Of a DNA stretch of 64,000 nucleotides, positions 56,257-64,000 are shown piece after piece. Below the pieces are notes generated by a model, which was not told the origin of the DNA, did no database searches, and saw only the letters and a program-made list of their open reading frames with translations. How positions within the stretch are numbered: the stretch's first letter is position 1; the number at the start of each line of letters is the position of its first letter. Made by a program: the position numbers and the translations under genes. The stretch is from Chloroflexota bacterium (lineage in GTDB: Bacteria; Chloroflexota; Anaerolineae; B4-G1; DUEL01), in assembly GCA_014874475.1 (NCBI GenBank), contig JADBJJ010000027.1, forward strand, positions 95,793-159,792, in the 5' to 3' direction.

Positions 56257-56980
56257 GATGGGCCTTCCCTAAATAGACTTCTATGACATGGGGGTCATGA
56301 ACGATCTCCTGGGGCGGCCCTTCGGCGATTTTCTGCCCCATGTTGAGGACAATGACCCGGTCCGAGAGCCCCAAAATCGCTTTGACGATGTGCTCTACCA
56401 CCAGAATGGTGACCCCCGAATCCCGGATTTTCCGGATCAACTGCATTGTCACCTCGGTCTCGGCGGGGTTCAGACCTGCCATCAGTTCGTCCAGGAGAAG
56501 CAGGGAAGGTTGGGCGGCTAGGGCGCGGGCCAGTTCCAGCATTTTGCGCTCCATCAACGTGAGGTCCCGGGCCAGGAAATTTGCCTTGTCCGCCAGACCC
56601 ACTTGCACCAGAATTTCGGTGGCCTCCTTAGCTGCCACCCGCAGGTTCGGTGCCGGACTCCGGCCATACATCCGCGCAATCATCACGTTCTGCAGAACGG
56701 TGCAGCAGAGGAACGACTTGGTCAGTTGAAAGGTCCTGGCCACACCGTTCCGGCACATCTGATGGGGCGGCAGGCCGGTGACATTCCTCCCTGCCAGGGT
56801 GACCCGGCCGGCATTGGGCTTGAGGAACCCGGTAATCAGGTTCAAGACCGTCGTCTTGCCCGAACCGTTGGGGCCGATGAGACCAATAATCTCCCCCTCC
56901 CGGATCGTGAATCCCACCTTGTAAACCGCCGCCAGACCTCCGAAGAACTTGGTAAGCCCTTCTACGGCGAGGAAATCCAT
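56249..56980 (-). CDS. livG: ABC ATPase (LivG-like).
   Basis: AGGAGG lies before ATG 56980. Walker A is GPNGSGKTT. Confidence 0.7.
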   Translation of the reverse strand: MDFLAVEGLTKFFGGLAAVYKVGFTIREGEIIGLIGPNGSGKTTVLNLITGFLKPNAGRVTLAGRNVTGLPPHQMCRNGVARTFQLTKSFLCCTVLQNVMIARMYGRSPAPNLRVAAKEATEILVQVGLADKANFLARDLTLMERKMLELARALAAQPSLLLLDELMAGLNPAETEVTMQLIRKIRDSGVTILVVEHIVKAILGLSDRVIVLNMGQKIAEGPPQEIVHDPHVIEVYLGKAHHA

Positions 56981-56987
56981 AGTCCTC

Positions 56988-57173
56988 CTATTCTTCATCC
57001 ACGTAAATAATGGCCTCTACTGGACAATTCTCCTCACATGTTCCGCATTCAATGCAGACTTCCGGGTCAATCCGGGAGCGGGTATCGCCATCGGCGATGG
57101 TCACGGCGCCTGTCGGGCAGCCCGCCATACAGGCCCCGCAGAGAATGCATTGATCAGTGACTTGGTACGGCAT
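56988..57173 (-). CDS. 2x[4Fe-4S] ferredoxin (61 aa).
   Basis: There are two CxxCxxCxxxCP motifs (CILCGACMAGCP; CIECGTCEENCP). Confidence 0.75.
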   Translation of the reverse strand: MPYQVTDQCILCGACMAGCPTGAVTIADGDTRSRIDPEVCIECGTCEENCPVEAIIYVDEE

Positions 57174-57215
57174 CGCTTATCATCCTCGTTTGGAATGGCG
57201 AAAGAATCCGGCGGA

Positions 57216-57983
57216 TCAACCCGCGTAGATCCGCTCCGGATCAATCTCCTCCCGGATCAGGCGAATCTGCTCTACCGTCGGCGGTTCGGTGACCGGCACC
57301 TGATCGGGCACCAGCGGCTGAAAGCCCATATTGGCCAGGACGTCTTCCAGCGTGATGCGCGGGTGGATGGATTCTAGTCTCAACCGTTTGCTATGGGGAT
57401 CAAAACCGAAAATGGCCTTATCGGTGATGACGCGGACCGGTCCGCCCCGTAGTCCGGCAGCCTCGCGGGCGCTTCCCCCCTGCAGGTAGCCGGGGCTGGT
57501 GACAAACGAGACCGCCTCTTTGAGTTTGCGCGCCTGGTGGCGGATGATGATAACGGTCCGCTTCGCCGAGGACGCGATATCGTTGGCCCCTCCGCTGCCG
57601 ACGGAATGGGTGAATGTGCCCCTGGGGTCGCCCAGCAACGTGGTGTTCAGGTTCCCATAGGCGTCGGTCTCCAGGCCGCCCAGAAAGCCCACATCCACCA
57701 GCCCTCGGTGCAGCACCATCCCCAGCATATCCACGAAACTGCTCATCACCTTCGCCCGATACCAGACCCGGGGATCTGCCAGACCTACTCCGGTGTGGAT
57801 GGGCTCCGGGTCCACGATGCCCAACTCAAAAAGAATGGTCAGGCGGGGCGCATGGGTGCGCTTGGCCAGGAACGACGCAACCACTGGCAACCCAATCCCT
57901 ACGGCCACAATCTCGCCGTCTTTCAACTCTCGCGCCCCTGCCACTGCCATCAGTTCAAAGGGTGTGTAATCCTCTGCGTACAT
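57216..57983 (-). CDS. CoA-transferase subunit B (glutaconate/3-oxoacid CoA-transferase family).
   Basis: The real start is ATG 57983 (MYAEDYTPFEL…). The long GC-rich N-terminal extension in the ORF track is spurious. The subunit B fold is present. Confidence 0.6.
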   Translation of the reverse strand: MYAEDYTPFELMAVAGARELKDGEIVAVGIGLPVVASFLAKRTHAPRLTILFELGIVDPEPIHTGVGLADPRVWYRAKVMSSFVDMLGMVLHRGLVDVGFLGGLETDAYGNLNTTLLGDPRGTFTHSVGSGGANDIASSAKRTVIIIRHQARKLKEAVSFVTSPGYLQGGSAREAAGLRGGPVRVITDKAIFGFDPHSKRLRLESIHPRITLEDVLANMGFQPLVPDQVPVTEPPTVEQIRLIREEIDPERIYAG

Positions 57984-57997
57984 AACTCTCTCCCCTC

Positions 57998-58897
57998 TCA
58001 GTACCCCAGAATCGGATCGGCCATCAGGCTGGTCAGGCGCTTCATACCGCCGATCAACTCCAGGTATTCCCAGTGGTCCTGGACGCCGAAGACGTATTTC
58101 TCCAGGTACGCCCGGAACTCCTCCACCGTCCTGGTCGCTGCCGCGTATTCCCGGATATGCTCCGCGTCGTAGTCGTAGACGCGATAAACGGACGTGGGAT
58201 GAGCGGAGAAGGGCAGATGGACGACATGCGAGACCTTGAAGCCAGGAATGACCGTTCGCTCCGGGTCGCGGCGGATGATCTCCGTGGGGACCAGTTGCTC
58301 GGTGATGACGATCACCCGCTGGCTGGCCTTCACCTGCTCCTCGTTGTCCCAGCGCGGGCCGAAAATCCAGGCGTTGCCTTCCTCGTCCGCCACCTGCACC
58401 TGGACAACGGCGACATCCGGCACCAGGGGCCGCAGGGCCAGCCACTCGTCGCCGGTGAAAGGGTCCTGCACCGTGCCGATATTCTCGGGCGCAATCTGCT
58501 GCAGCCTGGCGAGGATGTCCGAGCCACGCAGGGAGCGGGTGGGGATGAACGGCAGGCCGAGGGCGCCAGCCAGGTAACGGAAGGCCACCGAGAGGCTGCT
58601 GTATTCCTCGGCGATCAGCGTGCCGGACTCAATCGCTCGGTTCACGTTGTTGAGCCGCCCGAAGCGGTCCAGTGAGCCGCCGCCGTAAATCATCCGCTCC
58701 ACCGCCCCTGCTCCCACCAGCAGGTCCGCATCCATTGCTCCGACGCACTGGGAGACCGTCAGCCCGCGGATGCCCTGACGGATCACCTCGCGCGCGAAGG
58801 CCATATTGCAGCGCGTGATGGCAAATCCCGAGAGGGCGACATGCGTGCCGGAGGGGATGGATGCCACGGCTTCCGCGAGGGTCGCCAGTTTGCCCAT
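57998..58897 (-). CDS. CoA-transferase subunit A (glutaconate CoA-transferase GctA-like).
   Basis: GGAGGT lies before the ATG. It has the subunit-A fold and sits upstream of the B subunit. Confidence 0.6.
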   Translation of the reverse strand: MGKLATLAEAVASIPSGTHVALSGFAITRCNMAFAREVIRQGIRGLTVSQCVGAMDADLLVGAGAVERMIYGGGSLDRFGRLNNVNRAIESGTLIAEEYSSLSVAFRYLAGALGLPFIPTRSLRGSDILARLQQIAPENIGTVQDPFTGDEWLALRPLVPDVAVVQVQVADEEGNAWIFGPRWDNEEQVKASQRVIVITEQLVPTEIIRRDPERTVIPGFKVSHVVHLPFSAHPTSVYRVYDYDAEHIREYAAATRTVEEFRAYLEKYVFGVQDHWEYLELIGGMKRLTSLMADPILGY

Positions 58898-58909
58898 ACC
58901 GACCTCCGT

Positions 58910-59377
58910 TCAATCAAATGTTGGACGGGCGTCAAAGACCACCAGCAGAAGGTTGCAGACCCCGTCTTCCACCTTGATCTCCGCCAGTTCTACTGGCCGG
59001 TCCAGGGCCTCCTCCATCGCCAGCACGATCAGGTTAGCCGGGATGCAGGTGAAGGGCTCCACCCCTTTGGAGACCAACCGCTGCTCCACCGGCACATGTA
59101 GGCAACCCCGCACCTGGACCTGCAGGAGTTTGTCCTCTAACTGATGGGATACCTCAGTAACCAGCCTCTCTTCCCTCAATACCTGCTTAATGATCTCAAT
59201 AATCGGCTCTACATCTTTGTTTTGAATCCTGGGCAGACACTTGCTCAGAAAATAATCCCGCCCCACTGTTGTCACGCGAAAGCGGGCCCCCTTGCCCCTT
59301 TCGTCCCAGAATGCTTTTTGCAGGTCGTGGACGATGCTATTGACGTATTCCAGAGAGACCTGGCGCTCGCTCATCAT
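58910..59377 (-). CDS. Hypothetical small protein (possibly a V4R-type hydrocarbon/ligand-binding domain).
   Basis: AAGGAGG lies before the ATG. Conserved Cys and His residues (GCLHVP…FTCIP) are present. The assignment is tentative. Confidence 0.3.
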   Translation of the reverse strand: MMSERQVSLEYVNSIVHDLQKAFWDERGKGARFRVTTVGRDYFLSKCLPRIQNKDVEPIIEIIKQVLREERLVTEVSHQLEDKLLQVQVRGCLHVPVEQRLVSKGVEPFTCIPANLIVLAMEEALDRPVELAEIKVEDGVCNLLLVVFDARPTFD

Positions 59378-60051
59378 TCCTCCTTTTTCCCGTAGTAAGG
59401 AACGCCCCACTTCTCGCGGTAGACCAGTTCGTGCAGGGGGATGCGCGGACGGGGCCGGGGATAGCGCGCGGGGTGGCCCACAGCGATAATGCTGACAATC
59501 TTCAGCCCCTCCGGCACGCCCAGCAGGTCCTTCAGGCGTTCTTCGTCGCGGATGTCAATGCAGGGCGCGATCACCCAGCAGGCACCCAGTCCCAGCGCCG
59601 TCACCATCAGCAACATATTCTCAATGGCTGCCGACGTGTCGTAGGGCAGGTCCCAGACGTCCTTGCGGCCGCAAACGACGATGCTGACCGGCGCCTCGGC
59701 AAGGAAGGCGGATACCTGACCCGACGTCAGTTTCTCAAAGGCCGCTTTCCGCTTCGCCTCATCTTCCAGACCGGCGAAGCGCTCCTGCATTTTTTGGGTG
59801 ACAAACTCCGCCGTGAACCGGCGCCCGCTGCCACCGCCCGCGATGGCCCCCATCCGTTTGCGCGTCTCTGGGTCTTTGACGATGATGAACCGCCAGGGCT
59901 GGGCATTCTCCCCAGAGGGCGCCAGGCGGCCTGCCTCCAGAATCATCTGCAGCGCTTCCTCAGATACCGGCTCCTCCGTGTACTGCCGGATACTCCGGCG
60001 GTCTTGGATGACCTTTTCCACGGCCTGAACCAGGGTATAGAGTTCTGACAT
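59374..60051 (-). CDS. Nitroreductase-family protein.
   Basis: 'RRSIRQYTEEPVS…APSGENAQPWRFIIV' is the motif. AAGGAGG lies before ATG 60051. Confidence 0.7.
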   Translation of the reverse strand: MSELYTLVQAVEKVIQDRRSIRQYTEEPVSEEALQMILEAGRLAPSGENAQPWRFIIVKDPETRKRMGAIAGGGSGRRFTAEFVTQKMQERFAGLEDEAKRKAAFEKLTSGQVSAFLAEAPVSIVVCGRKDVWDLPYDTSAAIENMLLMVTALGLGACWVIAPCIDIRDEERLKDLLGVPEGLKIVSIIAVGHPARYPRPRPRIPLHELVYREKWGVPYYGKKEE

Positions 60052-60548
60052 TGGATGCCTCCTTGCGGAAAAGTGAGCATGAGAGGTGGATCGGTCTATG
60101 CTGTGAAAGAAAACAAAATGGGGGTTGAGGACGGCGGATTTGCCCTTCTCCTCAACCCCCGTTGATATCTCCCCTTCCCCGCGTCCCAAAGTGGACGCGA
60201 AAGGATAGAGGCGGAAGAAAGCCAGTGAGATAGCGCTCGTTACATCGGCACAAACGGGAGCAGAATAAATACTCGCTATCCATAGAGTGCCCAACCGAGG
60301 AGTAGTCGCCCTGGAGATACTCTTTTACGATGCCGGCGATAAGTGTCTCATACAATGATACAGGGTATCATTCTGTAATACATTGTACCATATTTTGTTG
60401 CATTTGTCAAGACCCTTTCATCGGTCGTCGGCCTCTCCCACGGTCAGGATCGCGGTGTTCTGAGGCAACTCGGCCCCGGATAGGGCAGTCGTCAAGGTCA
60501 GCAGCATCTCTCTGGCCATAATGCACCATACAGGGCCGGCGCAAGTCC

Positions 60549-61104
60549 TTGACCGGGAGGAGGATGTACAGGAATACTGATGGGCGGGTCTACGTCGGGG
60601 ATGGGCTGGTCGTGCGCTCCGAGGGGTCGCGCGGGGGGCTGGGGATGCGGGAGTTATCTCTGCCAGCGGCCATCATAGTCGGGATGGTCTGGCGGATTCC
60701 GTCGCGATGGTCACCGATGGACGGTTCTCCGGGGCGACCCGCGGGCCTGCATTGGGCACGTCTGCCCGGAGGCGGCGGTGGGCAGGCCGCTGGCAGCCCT
60801 GCGGGGCGGAGGTGTCATTGAGACGGACATCCCGGCCCGGACCCTGAACGTCCGCCTGAGCGAAGACAAATTACGGGTCCGGATGAGGGACTGGATGCTG
60901 CCAAAGGAGGAGATTCCGCCGGGATTTTTGCGCTTCTGTACCCGCTATGTGGGCGCTGCCCACCAGGGGGCGATGCTGGGGGAATCGTTGCCGAGTTGGA
61001 AATCTACCTTGTCCCGCTTCTTGAAACCTCCGCGTTCTCTGGGCCCTCTCCAGCGAGTTCAATCTCTGGGGGTCTCTTTGTCGGGAGGGAAGAAATCCTC
61101 GTAG
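60549..61104 (+). pseudogene. ilvD: Frameshifted 3' remnant (~130 codons) of a dihydroxy-acid dehydratase / phosphogluconate dehydratase (IlvD/EDD family) gene.
   Basis: Frame 1 reads 'LVVRSEGSRGGLGMRELSLPAAIIVG' (compare IlvD [26 protein letters not shown]). Frame 2 reads 'LRGGGVIETDIPARTLNVRLSEDKLRVRMRDW' (IlvD C-terminus). There is no N-terminal part. Confidence 0.5.
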
Positions 61105-61745
61105 CGGACCGTCGCACTGGGCGGCACCACGACGAATTCATCGGGGAGCCAGGGTCCGTAGAGCATCTTCTGGATCAGGTCTGTGGAGCCCAGAATCTCC
61201 TCGTAGCGCAGCCCAAACCGCTCCGCTGTCCGACGGGCGTATTCCCGATACTTCTCCAGCGCGTACTGACCAGTATTGATGAGCGCCAGCCGGGTGTAGT
61301 GGGCCAACATAATGCGAATGAGGCGGTCGGCCCGCTCCTGGCCGTACTGCTGAACCATCCGCTCGTATTCGTTAAAGGGGGTATCGCCTACCTCAATCCA
61401 GCCTTTGGTCAGATAGTACGTCCCAGGCTCCCGGGCGTGCTGCTCCCGATGGGCATCCCGGGAGCCGAGAAAAATGGCGATACAATCATCCACCCGGGGA
61501 ATCACCAGGGGGGACTGACGGGCCTGGATGGCGATGACTGCCTGGGAGCAGAGACCGTAGCCGAGGATGACTGCATCGTAGGGCTTCTGGAGGGCATCTA
61601 TGTGTTGCTGGAGGGTGTGCCGGAGGTGCTCGGGATTGATGTGGAGGCCAAAATCCAGAACTTCGTACTCTGTGCCCTCGGGCATCAGGGGTACCATTTC
61701 CTCAATGACCGTTGCGCAGGCGAGAACAAAGAGTCTCCGGTTCAT
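61059..61745 (-). CDS. DUF1638-like protein (a family often found with corrinoid methyltransferase systems).
   Basis: The start is at 'MNRRLFVLACATVIEE…'. A perfect promoter lies 60 nt upstream. It is divergent from the GntR gene. Confidence 0.4.
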   Translation of the reverse strand: MNRRLFVLACATVIEEMVPLMPEGTEYEVLDFGLHINPEHLRHTLQQHIDALQKPYDAVILGYGLCSQAVIAIQARQSPLVIPRVDDCIAIFLGSRDAHREQHAREPGTYYLTKGWIEVGDTPFNEYERMVQQYGQERADRLIRIMLAHYTRLALINTGQYALEKYREYARRTAERFGLRYEEILGSTDLIQKMLYGPWLPDEFVVVPPSATVRYEDFFPPDKETPRD

Positions 61746-61746
61746 G

Positions 61747-61775
61747 TTGACGAGTCGCTCCGTTCGGGCTATAAT
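61747..61775 (+). promoter_or_regulatory. Sigma70-type promoter TTGACG-N17-TATAAT for the GntR regulator gene.
   Basis: There is exact 17-nt spacing. Confidence 0.45.
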
Positions 61776-61809
61776 AGAGGATGGAATGGTGCCTGTGTGT
61801 CCTGGTAAT

Positions 61810-61838
61810 ATTATACACTGGTATAGAGAAGTTGTCAA
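61810..61838 (-). promoter_or_regulatory. Divergent sigma70-type promoter TTGACA-N17-TATAAT (minus strand) with the TATACACTGGTATA palindrome. It is near-identical to the motif at 45351-45379.
   Basis: The reverse complement reads cTTGACAacttctctataccagtgTATAATatta. The palindrome lies between the GntR promoter and its GTG start. Confidence 0.5.
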
Positions 61839-62579
61839 GTGGGAAATAAGTACGCCATAGACCGGAACTCCTACGAGCCAGCCTACGCGCAACTAGCCCG
61901 CATCCTCAGTATGCAGATTGCCGAAGGAACCTACCGCCCTGGCGACCAGTTGCCCTCTGAGGCCCAGTTGGTTGCCCAGTTTGGTGTCAGTCCGATGACG
62001 GTACGGCGGGCCATCGGACTGTTGCTGGACCGGGGCATCGTCAGCACAGCGCAGGGCAAAGGGACGTTCGTTCGGGGATTGGTCATCTCCGAGGCCACTT
62101 TTCGCCTGCAGGAAATGGGGGAGGAGGAAGCGGAACGCACTGTCCGCCTGCTTCAGGCCACCATTCTTGCAGCCGACGAGCGGGTGGCCCGCAAACTGGC
62201 GGTTCCGAAGGGGACGCGAGTCATCTATCTGCGCCGTCTGGTTTCCCGCGCTGAGGGGCCGACGATGTACCACCGGGAGTATCTCATCTACGACCCTCAT
62301 CGTCCGGTGGTGGAGGCGGAGTTGCAAATTACGTCTCTGGAGGGGCTGTTTCGGGGGAACGGCGGGCAAGGGTTGCGCCGGGGCGATCTTTCCATAGAGG
62401 CGGTGACGCTGACCCCGGAAGAGGCAGAGTTACTGGAGGTTTCTCCAGGTTCTCCGGCCTTCTGTCTGGAGCACATCTTCTATGATTTCACCAACCAGCC
62501 GATAGCCTGGGGATGGTTCATCTGCCGGGCCGACCGCTTCCGGCTGACCACCCGTGTCGGGCCGGATGTGGAGGTGTGA
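61839..62579 (+). CDS. GntR-family (HutC subfamily) transcriptional regulator.
   Basis: The N-terminal wHTH is 'PAYAQLARILSMQIAEGTYRPGDQLPSEAQLVAQFGVSPMTVRRAIGLL'. A UTRA-like effector domain follows. Confidence 0.7.
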   Translation: MGNKYAIDRNSYEPAYAQLARILSMQIAEGTYRPGDQLPSEAQLVAQFGVSPMTVRRAIGLLLDRGIVSTAQGKGTFVRGLVISEATFRLQEMGEEEAERTVRLLQATILAADERVARKLAVPKGTRVIYLRRLVSRAEGPTMYHREYLIYDPHRPVVEAELQITSLEGLFRGNGGQGLRRGDLSIEAVTLTPEEAELLEVSPGSPAFCLEHIFYDFTNQPIAWGWFICRADRFRLTTRVGPDVEV

Positions 62580-62726
62580 AAGGTAAGGTTGGACAGCAAA
62601 GATGCCGCTCCCCAAACCCCTCTTTCTCCGAAGGGGGTGGGGGGATTGAGGAGGGGTGAATCACTGCCCGCTATGAGATAGCGATTCGGATTGCCTGTGC
62701 GCTACAGATTCAGGAGTTAGAAAGAG

Positions 62727-63368
62727 ATGAACCTGTCCCTTCGGGAAACGATGAAAGAAAAAGTTGCCGGGCTGGACGAGGAGGGGGTTCTGGCCCTGGT
62801 TCGCCAGTCGCTGGAATCGGGCGTGGACCCGGTAGAGATCATTGCGGCCTGCGAAGAGGGGATGCGGCAGGTCGGAGAGAAGTATGAGCAGGGGGTTTTC
62901 TATCTATCGGGGCTGATTATGGCGGGGGAGATATTCCGCCAGGTGCTGGAACTGACCCAGCCGGCCCTTCAGGAGGCGCTGAAAGGGGATGCCTCCGGAC
63001 GGGTGCTCATTGGTACCGCCCACGGCGATATTCACGACATCGGCAAGACGATTGTCCACATCGCCCTGCGCAGTTTTGGCTTTCAGGTGGAAGACCTGGG
63101 GGTAGACGTGCCGCCGCAGCGGTTTGTGGAGCGGGCTCTCACCTGGCAGCCGGATGTCATCGGCATTTCCGGCCTGATCACGTCCTCCTATGGGAGCATG
63201 CGGGAGACCGCCCGTTTATTACGGGCTGCTCTCTCCTACCCCATCCCCATCATCATTGGCGGCGGGATGATGAATGAGCAGATTTGTCGCTTTGTCGGCG
63301 CTGACTACTGGACCAACGACGCCCTCAAGGGCGTGCGGATCTGTGAAGAGATTATCCGCAGCAAATAG
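62727..63368 (+). CDS. Cobalamin-binding corrinoid protein (second copy).
   Basis: 'GDIHDIGKT' (DxHxxG) and the B12-binding Rossmann domain are present. It is about 55% identical to the 44438-45070 product. Confidence 0.75.
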   Translation: MNLSLRETMKEKVAGLDEEGVLALVRQSLESGVDPVEIIAACEEGMRQVGEKYEQGVFYLSGLIMAGEIFRQVLELTQPALQEALKGDASGRVLIGTAHGDIHDIGKTIVHIALRSFGFQVEDLGVDVPPQRFVERALTWQPDVIGISGLITSSYGSMRETARLLRAALSYPIPIIIGGGMMNEQICRFVGADYWTNDALKGVRICEEIIRSK

Positions 63369-63483
63369 CGGTTCATTGGGTCATACTGGGAGCGGATGTG
63401 AGCCGCTATTGACTATGTAGAGTTCAACCTATCTTTGCAACGCCTTGCCGTTTGCTTGCGTCTCTGGCGAAAAACAAAACGAG

Positions 63484-63513
63484 GAGGCCGGCAATTCGCC
63501 GGCCTCTTTTATT
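63484..63513 (+). terminator. Rho-independent terminator after the corrinoid protein gene.
   Basis: The stem gaggccggc-aattc-gccggcctc is followed by TTTTATT. Confidence 0.6.
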
Positions 63514-63824
63514 GGCCAGGACGACCATTGGGACAGAGCGGGGTGTGTCCCCATTTCGTCGGAAACGGCCTTTTAGGCTCGGACATATTGCGGCTCAGTA
63601 AATGATTCTGGCAATCGCCTACGAGGGGATTTGACCCCTCTTATTCCTCTTGCCCCCTTCTTCTCCAACGCGGAGGGGAAGGGGACAGAAATGGGGTTGG
63701 GGGGGGCGGCCCCAAGGGCTGCTCCCTCCAAACTCCCACGATTTCCCCTGGAACCCTGCGGTGAACCGCCGGGCGAATGAAGCCTGTCAATTTGGGGATA
63801 CACCCGGCAGGGCGTTTGCACTCT

Positions 63825-63872
63825 TGACAATCAGGCTGAAAGGTGTATAATCTGAATGAACGTTCATTCAGG
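63825..63872 (+). promoter_or_regulatory. Sigma70 promoter TTGACA-N17-TATAAT followed by a perfect 20-bp palindrome (CTGAATGAACGTTCATTCAG), the putative TetR operator.
   Basis: The sequence reads cTTGACAatcaggctgaaaggtgTATAATctgaatgaacgttcattcag, immediately upstream of the TetR gene. Confidence 0.5.
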
Positions 63873-63878
63873 AGTGCC

Positions 63879-64000
63879 TCGTGACCGAACTGCAGGAAGC
63901 CCGGGACCGCCGCGAGCAGATTCTGCAGGCCGCCGTTGCGGTTTTCGCCGAGCGCGGCTATCAGCGGGCGACCGTCAAAGAGATCGCTGCCCGCGCGGGG
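63879..64000 (+). CDS. TetR-family transcriptional regulator, 3'-partial (runs off the window).
   Basis: GTG 63879 follows AGGAGTG. The N-terminal HTH reads 'RREQILQAAVAVFAERGYQRATVKEIAARAG'. Confidence 0.6.

Noticed and set aside
57216-58445. A 409-aa ORF giving the CoA-transferase B subunit a 154-aa Gly/Arg/Pro-rich N-terminal extension. Similar N-terminal extensions appear on the 61059-61892, 9134-10315, 10227-13355 and 13619-15352 frames.
   Set aside because: The extensions overlap the upstream genes and are low-complexity. Internal ATG/GTG starts with good SD sequences and conserved N-termini were chosen instead.
62580-62726. A cobalamin riboswitch upstream of the second corrinoid protein gene.
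   Set aside because: No recognisable B12-box (GCCACTG) or conserved cobalamin aptamer stems. The region is dominated by G4-type tracts. I cannot run a covariance model.
1-64000. A CRISPR array or other long tandem direct-repeat arrays.
   Set aside because: No regularly spaced direct repeats were seen anywhere in the window.

Overview
This is a high-GC (about 62-65%) bacterial window with frequent GTG/TTG starts and Shine-Dalgarno sites such as GGAGG. It probably comes from an anaerobe, because it encodes two tungsten-type aldehyde:ferredoxin oxidoreductases, corrinoid methyltransferase components, a ferredoxin and many CoA-transferases; the phylum cannot be assigned from sequence alone. The first ~3 kb is a compositionally distinct, AT-richer block (5'-partial flippase-like membrane protein, lamin-tail-domain lipoprotein, secreted 4-repeat protein). 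Next comes an IS1-family insertion sequence (3701-4582) whose transposase is broken by a frameshift at a G6 run and which has split a comEA-like gene. The most unusual part is a 10.7 kb plus-strand gene array (4667-15352). It holds three tandem paralogs of an apparently uncharacterised P-loop NTPase (one TM-anchored with a K->R Walker A, one fused to an OmpR-type winged helix). These are followed by two NB-ARC/STAND NTPases (one with TPR repeats), a GNAT acetyltransferase and a radical-SAM/SPASM enzyme with an N-terminal PqqD-like RRE, with no canonical precursor peptide next to it. A strongly ribosome-bound 29-codon uORF is translationally coupled (TAATG) to the second NTPase paralog. The rest of the window is mostly minus-strand catabolic and transport operons: PHP and HAD hydrolases, a TrmB regulator with a MacAB-like efflux system, and a lipoprotein serpin. 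Further along are an ADP-forming acyl-CoA synthetase, FadB-like, thiolase and CaiB-type transferase cluster, two Liv-type ABC transporters, two AOR genes with an ADH, an Ldh_2 family protein, a creatininase, an IclR regulator, glutaconate-type CoA-transferase A/B and a nitroreductase. Two corrinoid-protein loci (one with a URO-D-like methyltransferase, one with a DUF1638-like protein and a GntR/HutC regulator) sit behind near-identical TTGACA-N17-TATAAT promoters that embed a TATAC-N4-GTATA palindrome. Signs of decay and rearrangement include an inverted solo IS-end fragment (45385-45559) fused to the last ~100 codons of a tannase/feruloyl-esterase gene, a frameshifted 3' remnant of an ilvD/edd dehydratase gene, and a 3'-half tRNA-like fragment. 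Manually derived motif coordinates may be off by 1-2 nt.
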